Assembly (NCBI RefSeq): GCF_006345805.1
Contig: NC_043007.1
Coordinates: 76,942,001 to 77,006,000 of the forward strand
Direction of reading: 5' to 3'
From: Octopus sinensis
Taxonomy: Eukaryota
DNA: 64,000 bases
The notes below the pieces were generated by a model. It made no database searches, was not told where the DNA came from, and saw only the letters and a program-made list of their open reading frames with translations. The position numbers were made by a program, and so were the translations under genes. Shown one piece after another: positions 10,253 through 23,111 of this stretch. Positions within the stretch are counted from its first letter, which is position 1. The number at the start of each line of letters is the position of its first letter.

Positions 10253-13200
10253 CTTCAAATATACTGTACAAATAAAAATTTTTCTTAGATTTCACAAATA
10301 TTTACGGACAGCTTCGTACAATAAATAGGAGTTGACACAGACACATAGTGATGTGACAACCAAATTATTATAACTTGCTAGGACCTGTTTTGTGGACCCA
10401 CAAAATAAGGGCTCTGACAGTGATTTACAGAGTAACTGGTCTTTGTGTGAGTTTCTTTTGGATAACTAAAGCCATCAACAAACAAATCATAAGGAATTGC
10501 AACCAGAAGGAGATAGAGGGGGAGAGAAGGAAGAGAATTAAGTTACTTAGAGGGGAAACATAAATAAGGAAAAAAACGGGGCACAGTTTTGGTATTGGCT
10601 GGTTAAATAAAATAACCCTGCATGAATTAGGAGTTATTTGGTTAGTGTGAATCCCTATAAAGCTAAAATGATAGCTTGAAATGGTCTCTTATTTTTTTTT
10701 TAATGCTATAATATACATGTAAAGAAGATAGTACATGGTCTAATCCAGTAGCTGTTATACTGCACAAATTAAATTATTCTATAAGCAGAGCTCTTTATGA
10801 ATACAATAAACATGACAGTGAGATTTCACTGCACTGTCTGCCTAAGTGCTTTAACTTAGTTGCCTTTATCTATATTTTAATTAGTGTAGCATTCCGTAGT
10901 TAGTTAAGTTGAGGCTAATGTCTAGAAATATCACTATTTTTATTAATAGTAGTCAAGAAAAACAACGATTAAACCCTGAATGGAATAAGTTGCAGAAGGA
11001 AAGCTGTAAGAACTGAACTTCAAAAGAGAAGTACTCTTTGAGTAAACAGAAATTATGTTTAGGGAATAAGAGACTAACAGGACACACCCAAACCAGGTGT
11101 TTCTAAGTAAGTCCTTTCATATTTTTGAAAAACTTTTCCAGCCAGAAATAAAGAAATATATTCTTAATAATAACACTGTTTAGGTGTGGACAAATTCTTA
11201 ATTAGATGAAAAAAAAAAGAAAAAAAAAGAAGAAAATCTAATTATGGTGAGCAGATTACAGATAGGATTTTGTTTTTGATTTGAAATTACTCCTATCAGC
11301 AGTTTTTTCCCCCCTTTCCTTTTAATCTTAAGCAGGCTTACATCTTTCAGAGAAAGTCCATATATTTTACTCCATCCAACTGCCCCATTCCACTTTCTTT
11401 TTCTTTACCCTAGTTACTAGGCTATTCTACAAATTGCATAATGTGCAATCCACTGATGCCACATGCATTATGTCTGTAGGTGAGTTTACACTACAATAGT
11501 GCAACCCAGGAGAAATTATTTCATACTTGTCATAACACAGAAATCAGTCAATCATACAGAACATAAACACATTCATACTCGCTCCATCGAATCAAAAGAC
11601 TTTCTTATTTGGTTATAAAAGACATAACACAAACAAACATTTACATTACTGATACACAATGGACAAACACACACAGGAGTTAACGTTTAGAATGAATAAC
11701 TTACATCAGATAGCCATGTGAACCCAATAATGAGTAAGACACAGAACCTTACACACCCAACATAGATAACGAAAGATAGATGGCTGCACCAATGCTTCAG
11801 GAGAGAAACAAAGCATGATTCCAATATGGTCAAAAAGTGGTCACTATATATTAAAAAAAAAACAAAAAAAAACCCAAACAAACAACAGAAGTTGTTAATT
11901 ATTGTGGCACTTTATGCAATTAGTTCAAGGAGAGCCTACTACCATACAGAAACTAAAATAGTTGCTAGTAAACCAAAGAACCATTACAATAACAAGACAT
12001 TGATGAGGTGCATACACACACAAGCATTCCACACATTTGTACAATTTTAAATAAGATTAGTTTGACTGACATGAATTAACCTAAAGGTAAAAAGAGAAAA
12101 TGAGAGACATGGTTAAAATCTTTTGTGGATGAGGGTAATGATATATGTGTAAGTATGAATGAATATATCATTACACAAACATATATATTTATATATGTAG
12201 TAAACCTTAAATATCTCATCAGACTAACATATTGCTCAGATATAAGTATAGAGAGAAGAAAAGAAAACTATATGCATACATACATACATATATATATGTA
12301 TATATATAATGGCATAAATATTGTATTAAGTATTCAAAATTCTTCATTGGTTTATAACAGTATTTTTAAACCCAACAGCAGATATATATATAAGGATAGA
12401 TCGGTGGTGATGGTAGGGGAATCATGATAATAGAAATTGAGAGATTTCCAACTAAAGAGTTTTGTAATAACATTTTCTTTTTGTTTTCCTTATATATATA
12501 TATATTGTTTTTTGCCCTTTCAGAAACAAAAAGAGTGAGAGAAAGAGGAAGAAGAAAAAAAATCTATAGAAATAAAAATGTAATGATTTGTTTTAGCGGT
12601 TATATAGAAAAATATATAAATAAATATTTTTGTAAAAAATAACTTTCTTTTTGTACACAGACGTTAGTATATACAAATCCGAAAAAAAAAAAAAAAAAAT
12701 TAAAATTACATACAAAAAAAAAAATTATAGGAAAGGATAGAAAGAAAAGAAGAAAAAAAAACTTGTCAAAAATTGATTTATTGTTAATTAAAAAGGCAGT
12801 TTTAGTTCTTGCCTTTTAACGAGAGTTGAGGCAGGACAGACAGTCAGACAGAGAGGGGTGGATTCATATTGATCTTGATACTACTACAAGAACCAATTCC
12901 TTTATTGCATGTGTGTGTGTGTATCATAGAATTTTAGCTTTAGTCAGAAAGCTTTGGGAAGGTCCACTCTGATGACATCAGATCTACATAAAGAGGAACG
13001 GACTAATTAAGTTAGAAACTATTTTAGTGGGTCAAATTGATGCAAGGCTGTTGGCTAAAAGATGATGTTTAACACATGCCCAGTACAACTACTCCATCTA
13101 AGATACTCAGTATATTATTCTTCATACTAGGAATAATATCATCCTATATGTGTCTGTATGAGCATATCTACATAAAATGAGATAGAGGAGTCTTAATTAC

Positions 13201-13336
13201 ATGCTGTAAATTTGGCTATTTACTTAAAGCTAACGATCTGAATTCATTTTCAGTAAATCAAGAATCTTTAATACGCATGTTTGTATAAATGCATGTATAT
13301 GTATACACATATACGCAAATATACTTACAGATGTGT

Positions 13337-13600
13337 GAAGGCATGTGACTTAATGGTTAGGGCATTGCACTCACAATCAACAGATTGTCAGTTCGATTCC
13401 TGAGCAAAACACTTCATTTCACATTGCTCCAATCTAGTCAGCTGTAAATGCATAACCCTGTGATGGACTGGCCTTCTGATCAAGGATAATATTGGCCTGC
13501 TCACCTAGCAGCAGGGTGGCATCATTCAAAAGCCAAAACGAACCAAACTACATTGTGACCAATAATGTGTAACAACATCTGATAGTCTGGTCAATGATGT
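13337..13600 (+). mobile_element. tRNA-derived SINE (degenerate)
   Basis: A/B-box-like head and gagcaaaacacttcatttcacattgctcc core. Confidence 0.7.
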
Positions 13601-13611
13601 GAGGTATGTGA

Positions 13612-13658
<47 letters not shown>

Positions 13659-13716
13659 CATGTATGATCAAACAGATTCCAATGAGGCTGGTATTGTTCT
13701 GCGTCAGTAAGACATT

Positions 13717-14017
13717 ATGTAGTAAAATCAATAAAAAAACCACCATGAACTTGTAATGAGGAGAGGAAATCCAATGTTTCAGACAAACTCTTTCTTCAGG
13801 GGGAAAGTTGAAACGAAAGAAATAAATGAGAAACAGCAGAGTTTTACATCTCTTAGTTGTAACTAGATTTTTTAAACTTACAGGATGTAAAATGCTGCTG
13901 TGTCTGATTGACTTTTTCTCTTTCAGCTTTTCCCTTGAAGAAGGACCGTGTCCAAAACATTAGATCTTCCACTCCTCATAGCAAGTTCACTATGCTCTTT
14001 AACTATTTCTACTACAT
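13717..14017. repeat. Imperfect palindrome (~140-bp arms) with a hammerhead-like core in each arm; Penelope-like remnant
   Basis: Arms 13717-13857 and 13874-14017 are reverse complements; minus strand cctgaagaaagagtttgtctgaaacattgg; plus strand cttgaagaaggaccgtgtccaaaacattag. Confidence 0.7.
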
Positions 14018-14598
14018 TGCATACACACAAACACACATATACATATCTATTTATATACACATATATATGCATACCTATATCTATATGAGAGATGGAGCTA
14101 CAGAGTATTTAAGATTTGAAAGTAAAAGTAACTGAGATTATAAAGATTTGTAGACAACATAAAAGATGTTTAAATCCTAAGTCTTGAATTAGTTGCACAG
14201 TAACCAAATTATTTTGTTAGCTGATGAGGATGAGGGGAAATGAGAGGACAAAACTATAAAAAAAAACGTTTTAAAAAAGCTTCAAAATGGTATTATCTAT
14301 GGAAAAACTAAAACTATTTTTATATTCTCAGAGAGTAGGAAGATATATATGATAGATTTATGACAGTTGGAAGTAAGGTTTCTCAATACCAAAATAGTGA
14401 TTAATATTTTTATTTTGGTCACATCAAGTTCTTGTTACTCTGAATTTTAATCTGTGGGTACACAGGATCTTCAAGAACATTACAAAATCCCTATCCTGGC
14501 TACTCACAGGTGAAACTCAGAGCAGCAAGAGACTAACTTGACCAAAATAAAATATATATTCAGTATTATTTCTGCCTCAGTTTGGACCTGTAAGATGT

Positions 14599-14639
<41 letters not shown>

Positions 14640-15467
14640 GATAGATAGATAGACAGATAGAAAGATATATAGAGAGAGAGCAGCAGACAGCAGGAAATAA
14701 ACAGTTTATGGGAGAATTCCATGAAGCAATTGAAAAAATTGCTGTTGAGTCATTTTAATTTGAACACACAAAAACAACAACGACCAAGACAATAACAACA
14801 ACGTTAGCAGCAATACCCGTTATGGAGACGTTTTTCACTTGGAGCTGCAAAGATTTATTTATTTCTCCAGTTGCCACCTGATGCTTTTGCCTTTCTTCTT
14901 CATCGTATTGTTATTATTTTGTTGCTGCTATTGATGACAAAAAACACAAAGCATTCTGAAACACTTACATGCGTGCAAACATACATACATTCATACATAC
15001 AGACAGACACACTATTCATTCATAAACGTTTGCATATCTGCAGAAACATTATTTTTCCAGGTATTAAAAAAAAAAAAAAACACATTTAATCCGTAAATAA
15101 AATTTACACAAGACTTGATTTCTTTTTTGGCTTTGTTTTTACATGTACTTTTCTTTTCCAGATCCACCACAAGGATTCAATCATTTTGCTTCATTTTCAT
15201 TTGTTTTTAGCTGGCTTATTTCACTTTTGAGAGATGAACTGACTTAGTCATCCACTAACGAGTATACTCACAGTTTAAACAGACTCTTTGGTAAGGGAGG
15301 ACTTGGTTGTTGGATTGGGCTGGGGTGGGTGTTAGAGCAGAAATGGTTGAAGGAATTAGTGGACGGTACTTAATGGCTTGGTACAAATTTATTCTGAAGA
15401 TTCTTTAGCACGTGGTCTGAAACATTTATTATACCCACCTACCCAACTCTTCAAATTAAAGAATAAC

Positions 15468-15499
<32 letters not shown>

Positions 15500-15814
15500 A
15501 GTTAAATAAAATTTTTCATCCTTTGTTTACCTTTTGAAAATAAAATAAATAAACAAAAAAAAATATTTTTAAAAGCTGCTAAAGTACATTTTGACATCAG
15601 CAACATCATCCAAGTAAACACAATCGAACCATCTCAGATATTGGTCTTGTTTGATCCTATGTCATTAGGCATCACAGTATGTGTGTGTGTGTGTGTCGAC
15701 ATTAGGCACTATACTAGTGAAGGTATGGTAGGGGGGAACTGACTATTGAGCTCTGCACCTGGACTGTATGTATGTGTGTGTGCGTCTGTGTGTGTGTATA
15801 TATATATATATATA

Positions 15815-15863
<49 letters not shown>

Positions 15864-16079
15864 GAAAATTTTAAACTATTTTGTAGAGCCAAAACAATGT
15901 GAGATATAAGAAATGAGAGTAGTCAATGGTTCATACTTTTATCTTGTATTTTGATATTTCGAGGTTAAAACCCCTTTTTCAAGAAATTTTCAGAGATTTA
16001 ATGTTTTGAGCTGGTTTTTCTGATCTGCAATACAAATCAATGAATAAGATTAAAGGATAAAGAACCTTCCTGAGTAATA

Positions 16080-16305
16080 TAGACTCATAGGGCCGATTTC
16101 CAGGTGTCTGTGGCATATATATTCTTCCACCTTGATGAGATGACAGTTCATTGCAGGGTTATTCATTTTCACCAGCTTAGTGGACTGGAGCAACATGAAA
16201 TGAAGTGTTTTGTTCACTAACACAACACATCACCCAGTCCAGGAAATGAAACCACAATCTTGCGATCATGAGTCCAACATCCTAACCACTAAGCCATGCA
16301 CCGCC
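16080..16305 (-). mobile_element. tRNA-derived SINE, same family as 2647 and 13337
   Basis: Reverse complement reads tggcttagtggttagg...aacaaaacacttcatttcatgttgctccagtccac. Confidence 0.8.
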
Positions 16306-17385
16306 ACACAAACTAATATCTTATATTTCTTATAACTTGCATTCTTTTGGCTCGTTTTTTTTTAAATCAAAAGCTTTTTAATCTATATCAGACAATGCTT
16401 CATGTAAACTATACTACTCTAATATATGTGTGTGTGTATTGAATGTCTCCTAAGTAAAAGGCTTTGCATCAGTTTCCTGATATGATGGTGCAGGTGTAAA
16501 AACAAAAAAGCTCATGGATAGGATGCCAGTCACTTTAGGTAAGACATTCAGTAAAAAAAAACCTGGTATCTGTTATTCATAAAATGGTGAAGGAGGATTA
16601 ATGTAGAGTGAAGTGTTACTGTCCTTATGAAAAAAAAAAATACAATAAAGCACTCCAGCAGTGAAATTTGAACTCTTTGACCCACACAGGGGTCAGCCAA
16701 ATATTTGTACTCATACAGCCATTGTGCAGCTCCTTTATATAACACACATACACAAGCACAAACAGGAAAGAGATGGTTGATGGTGGGAAGGTGGGTGCCA
16801 GTTAAAAAAGAAAACAAACAAAAATTGCCTTATTTTTTTCTGAATTAAGGTGGGTAGATGGGTGGGGGGTGGGGGATAAAATGGAAATTAAAGAAAAGAA
16901 ACAACAACATAAACACCCCTGCCACTGCCGCCATGTCCAGTTTTTTTCCCCCACTTCTTATTTTGCCATATTTGCCTATTGAAATACCCTGCTCAAACCA
17001 TCAAACATTTATGGTCTTTACCCAGATATAGAATCATTTTCTTTGTTTTCCTTTTATTTATTGTTCTTTTTTTAATATCTTTTCTTCTTCTTCTCTATCA
17101 TCCTCATCATCATCTTCATCAACTATAATTTAAAAGGAGAGGAAGGGGGGATGAATAAGAAACAACAACAACAAAAAAAAGTTTTCAATTTTGTAAAACA
17201 TCACAGCTCTCTTTTTCTTTTGAAAGAATGGAGACCTACATTACAACTGTAGGAGACCAATGTATGTATGCTTGCATGTATGAGTGTGTCTGTGTATATA
17301 TGTATATATATATATATATTTATATATAAATATACATGTTATATATATATGTTGTCCCCACCCACCCACCCACTTAATGCCACCA

Positions 17386-17930
17386 TCAAACATCAAAAGT
17401 CCAGTTATCTGTGGTAGAGAGACTGTGTTGTAAATTGTTCAATGTAGGATCCATGCCATGGTACTGTAGTTGTTGTTGTTGCTGTTGTTGTTGTGAATGC
17501 AATGGAATGGTTGCAGAGGATGATAAATGATTTAAGTCTGTTCTTTGGCTTGGAAGAGATGAAGACAGCAAAGGTGTCTGCTGTGTTGCAGTTATTGTTG
17601 TTGCTGGTGTTGTTGTTTTTGATAAAGATGACGTTGATGAAGATGAAATAGAGGATGGATGACAAGGTGGAGATAGTTGTTGTTGTTGTTGTTGCTGTGA
17701 ATGTAACTGTTGTTGTTGTTGTGGTAATAAGTGTTGTTGCTCTGGTGGGAGGTCTGTGGGCTCAGCTGACTGCTGTTGTCTTGACGACGATGGTGATGTG
17801 GAAAGAGTCTCGTAGGGGGGAGGGGGAGGTATATTTACAGTTTTGTCAAGACAAGATGGCAGAGGAGAAGAACTGGGTCGGTTGTGGAGGTAATTGGATG
17901 AAGGACTTTTGCACTGGACTTGTGGCATCA
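17386..17930 (-). CDS. LRIG: LRIG last coding exon: poly-Q, Ser/Thr-rich cytoplasmic tail with PPPY, ending WTFDV*
   Basis: Acceptor tttttcaaatctattttcag; phase-1 entry matches upstream exons; 181-codon open frame. Assignment to LRIG rests on strand, phase and position, not homology. Confidence 0.75.
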
Positions 17931-20411
17931 CTGAAAATAGATTTGAAAAAAAAGAAAAAAAGATCAGTTGGTCGTAAAATGAAACGTTTAAAAATATTTC
18001 AAATATTTTTTAAATGGATGGAAACCATCAACAATGGTAAAAAAAAAAAGTTATGTCAGAATAACAAAGTGAGTTAGCTCCCTTGAATAATGAAGTTAAA
18101 ATGCCGAATGTTTTCTCTCACACTATTAAATTCTACAACTAATTAGGTTCACATACTGATTACTAATAAGGATTACTGACACTGGAACATAGCTACACAT
18201 TTTTAAAGGAACGATGAAATATAGTGTCAAATGGTCGGGATAACCTCAGCAAAATGAGACTAGTTTTCTTGTCTGCTTAGCAGTTTAAAACTGTGATAGT
18301 TATAGCTATCACTGGCAAATTTGCAGAACTTTTGCTTAATTGCTTTAGGTACCTATGTAGTCATGAGCAAGCATACACAACAACTCAGTCTTCCCACACC
18401 TGGTGGGTAGATTTGGAAGAACATAAAGTGGATTGCTAAGAAAAAAGAAAAAGAAAAAATACATGTCATCCAGTCATGGAATTGAACTCATGGCCTGATT
18501 GTGAGCTCAACACTTTAACCACTAGGCTATGTTGCTTCACAGTCTGAAACTATTTTATCATCCTCACTTAAATTGGTAAAGACAGGTATTTCATGTCATT
18601 CCTAAATATGACGTGTTCTAGTAACAAATTAATGAGAATGCAGCAAAAATTGAGGAAAATGTGTGAATAATAATAAAAATAATTACAGTTTGCAGAAATA
18701 TTTAGTAAATACAGGCAGCAGACCAGAAATTGTGAAGGAGAGCAGTAGGTAGGAGTTGATCTAAAAGATTCTAAGTACTTGGTTGGTTCTTTATATTTTC
18801 AACCCGCCAGTGAAATGTGGAGAGATTTGAGGTCAGAACGTAAAGGGAGATAACTACATACCGCAAGGTATTTTAAACAGTTGAAGCTTTGATTCCGCCA
18901 GTCACTGCCTAATTACATTGTAGGACACATACCAAACTAATTGATAAAGGAGGATTAATCAAAACAATACTTAGGATAATCCTTCAATTTTTCTGGTCTC
19001 TAATGTTTACACTTGTAGAGTTGAGAAAGAAATTACCAGAAAATTTATAGAATTTCTTCACAGAAATAATGTTGCAATTGAATATCCATCCATCTATTTT
19101 CTCCACAAGGATAGCCTTCAGGAACCTCTTCAGTAGGATCTTGTCAAAAGCAACCATCATTACACTTTCCAGTTGAATTCCCAAGCATAACCAACAGAGA
19201 CTGTGGATATTATCAAACCATTTAATTCCTGGTCTACTCCCAGATCTTCCTGCCAGTTGGCTCAGCTTGAAGCATCCGCCATGCAATCCTTTCCTATGAC
19301 ATTCTAATTGCATGTTCAGAGTACAAGAGCTGCGACCTCTCAATGTGGCGTAGCAGCTTGACCCTGATCACTGGGCAATGCATCCGGCTGAATAATGTTA
19401 CTCTGGGGATTCTTCAGAGCAACACCATTTCAACCGCAATTGAATATTCCACACAGAAACAATATTGTGGACGAAACTGCTGGCAAGCAGAATGTAATGG
19501 ACTGAGTTATTGATGAGTTGAATAAAGTACACTTTGCTTTCATCATCATCATTTAACGTTCCTTTTCCATGTTGGCATGGGTTGCATGTTTGACTGCAGC
19601 TGGCGAGCCGGAGAGCTGCACCAGGCTCCTGTCATCTACTTTGGCATGGTTTCTACAGCTGAATGCACTTCCTAATGCCAACTACTTTACTGTGTACTGG
19701 GTGCTTTTCATGTGGCGCCAGCAACAGCAGGATTACCAAATAACTTGTAAGACAAAAGACCTCTTAGTTGAGAGACGGCATGGAACTGAGGGAAGTGGCA
19801 GTGTGCTCGGCAAGAGGTTAGAATATGACAGGACAGAGATAGTCATCTTGCTATAGAGGAGATACCTGGCAACACACCAAATGGTAATTAAACAAGGGTG
19901 TTGTTAACAATAGCTCTCTACTTTAGAAAACTGAAAGAAGGAGTAATTTCTTCAACAACTAAATGATCATGGAACACCAAATCTTTTCTTCCAAGAATGT
20001 TAACTCTGAAATTTTATTGCCAGCCACGTTTTTCTATATTGAGCTTTATTTGATAACCAGTTGATCTAGCAAGCTGGGCCTCATATCAGTGAGGGGGGCT
20101 GGTGCGAAATGATGCCGTCGAGAGGTAGGCCCCGATACAGCGCTCATTCTCTCCTGATGACCCCATACACTTGCTGGCTTCCAGTATGCAGAGTTTTTGA
20201 CTGGTAGCACTTACATGTGCAAGTTGTTTGCAAGACAACACTGTCTAAATTGTATATCAATCATATCTGTCTGATCTGAGTTATTGGCCTCTCCCCTTCT
20301 TTATGGATGAACCATAAAAGAAAAAAAAACCCAGTAAAATCCCTTCAAAAATATATATCCGAGTATGATTTTATTGCAAGTGAAGTATGAAGCAAAGTAT
20401 AGGGTACAAAC

Positions 20412-20750
20412 CTTGATCAGTCTCCCACGAAGTTCCAGGTGGTTGAGAACCATGATATCTGTCTGCAGATAAACTTTCTGGGCCTACCCTGAGGTAAGCT
20501 CTGCGCAAACTAGCTGGTGGTGTTCCTGGTAAAGCAGGGAATCTGTGTATCCTTTCAACAGAATCAGGTGGGCAGTCACTGTCAACGAGGCTGTCAGGGC
20601 ACGATGTCTGTGGATGGAAGGTCTGCATTGTCGAGTGATTGGTGGAATGTTCTGCAGAGTTGCCGCCTGTATGAGTACTGCTAGTGCTGCGAGAACTCTT
20701 TAAAGTGTCACTCTCACTGTTAGGGCAATGTAAACTGGATATACTATTAC
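20412..20750 (-). CDS. LRIG: LRIG cytoplasmic exon (Ser-rich; NSISSLHCPNSESDTLKSSRSTSS...WETDQ)
   Basis: tttgtggcag| acceptor, G|gtttgt donor; 339 nt, phase 1-1; GC-richer than flanks. Confidence 0.75.
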
Positions 20751-23047
20751 CTGCCACAAAAAGAAATAGTACAGAATGTTAATTAACAGAAACAAAATTA
20801 ATTAATACAAATTAAAATGCAAGGAGCAACTGTTATGAAATCAATCAAGTACTTGGGATCTTACTGTAGTAACCAACTTTTGTTGTTGAGGAGCTTGAAT
20901 AAGGGAAAAAGAGATAGAGAACAAAAATACCCTTATGTGTCCATGGTAGCAGTTTCTCTTTACTATCCTTTGTTGTGGAATTATGTTAATTTTTGCACCT
21001 GCCTTTTTCTATGTTGGCACAGGTATTTATGTACACACACCAGACTCCAAAATGAAGCTGGCTGAGTAAAAACCAGGATAATTCTTACTTTATTTTCAAC
21101 CCTGTTGCATCTTGAAAACCAAAATTTCTGCTATATCATATCCAGAGGTCGACAAATTCCTCCGTTGGAGTTTAAGCTTCAGTCATTAGTCTGGATCTTC
21201 TGCTTAATATCTAATTTTTTTTTAGATACAAACATTAACAAAGACTATATTCTTCTCAAAAGTAATCACATTGGAAGATTATCTTGTGTGTGTATATATG
21301 AACCCTTTACAAATGTACTGGAGCCAATGTTGAAGGCAGTACTCTGCCTCAGCTTAAATGGAACCAGTAAAAGGGTTCACACATATGCATAGACACATTT
21401 GGTCATGGGTCACAAAGGATCTTATTTAATAAATGGTTTATTCATCATTTTGAGTCCTTTATTTTGAGAGCAGCTTCAAGTTCATAACTGGTCTCTCAAA
21501 TTTTTGTGTGAGTGTGAGTGAGTATATGTTGATTTGAATGTGTAAATAACGTAACATTTAAATATGAACTTCATCTTGAAGCCAACCGTTTCTGTAGACT
21601 AAAGACAAGTTGTGAACAAAATTTGGGTATGAAAGACATTTCGGCTGTCTAAGGAATGGCCATGGGTGGGTGGGGGGACTGCTTTGACAAACTTGACTAA
21701 AATTATGGGATGTAGTATGAAAAATACTGCATAGAGAGGTGTGTGCATACATGAGAGAGAGAGAGAGAGTGGGGGGGGGCATGAATGTTTAGTTTAGCTA
21801 AATTCTGAAAATAAATCCCAAAGTCCAGAGGAGTGAGAGGAGGATACCAAATCCTATAATAACAATTCTGTTGTGAAAGCTGTTAGTGCTTCCTTCTCTC
21901 TTTCTCTCTCTCCCCCTCTTTCCCCTCCACCCTTCTTAACCAGCAGCTGCTAACATGTGTGGAGGGAAAGTTGCTAAAACTATTTTCTTTTGGTGGGGAG
22001 ATTTTTTTTTTCTTTTTCTTTTTCTTTTTTTTTTTGGATTTTCATGCTCAGAAAAAGAGGGAGATAGACAGAAGGTTAGGGCACGAGGAAGGGCCAATAA
22101 GGAGGGGTGGGTGGGAACAGCAAAGAAGAGGTGTAGATGAGCAGGAGGCGGGTGGGTGGGATGGATGATGTTGGAGCAGGGGGGAGGAATTCCTTCATTG
22201 TTGAATCCCTCACCAGAACAACCTTCTTCATCCAGTAGCAACAAACATATCTGTTTATCCTTTAACCATGTGATGTTAGAAAGAAAAGGGCTATGAAAAG
22301 AAAGAGAGTGGAGTTAGGGAATTGGTGGTGAATGAGTGGGGAATGAAGCAAAGAAAGACAGGGGAAGAAAGCAAGGGTGTAAGAAAAAAAAAGAAAAACA
22401 AAAACAAAACCCCTTGATTAGGCTGTGATATGTTTGTTACATAGCTTCCAATATAAGTAAAGGGGCTTCAGTGTGGTAGTAGCAATAACAGCTGTGATAG
22501 TAATGATAGAGATAGTAGTAGTAGTAGTGGTGGTGGTGGTAGTGAAAGGGTAGTGGGTGTCGTGAGATGTGAGAGATGGGTTGTGGAGAGAGAGAGAGAG
22601 AGAGTGAGAGAGCGATGAAAGGATGCTTCCAGAACTAGCAGAGTCTGCGGTGAGACGAGAAAGAGCTGGCTCCTGTTTTCCTAGTTATGGTTCCGCGGAC
22701 AGTGTTTTGTCAGGCACTCGATCAATAATACAGATATTGCCACAAATATTTAAAAAGTAAATAATGAGCAGAAAGTTGAGGAAACTTTAGTGAAAACAGA
22801 AAAAAAGGAGATGAGGAATTTGCAGATTTCTTTTAGTAAAACAAACGTTTATGTAGAAAGATAAGTTATCTCTAACTGACTATCTCTATATCTATCTGTG
22901 CATCAATCTATCTACATGTAAGTATTTGTACATCACTATGTATGTATATATATACACACACACACATTTCTCAATATATATCTTCCTCTCTCATGCACTC
23001 GTGTGTATATGGTATGCATATAAGTATCTCCCACATTACATATGCCT

Positions 23048-23111
<64 letters not shown>

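Noticed and set aside
18984-19500. Moderately GC-rich segment with a 119-aa minus-strand ORF inside the last LRIG intron
   Set aside because: Stops in all three frames after the best acceptor; no recognisable motif
21936-22244. 102-aa minus-strand ORF (LLLDEEGCSGEG...)
   Set aside because: Nearest acceptor gives a stop in phase 1; remainder is low-complexity poly-K/P
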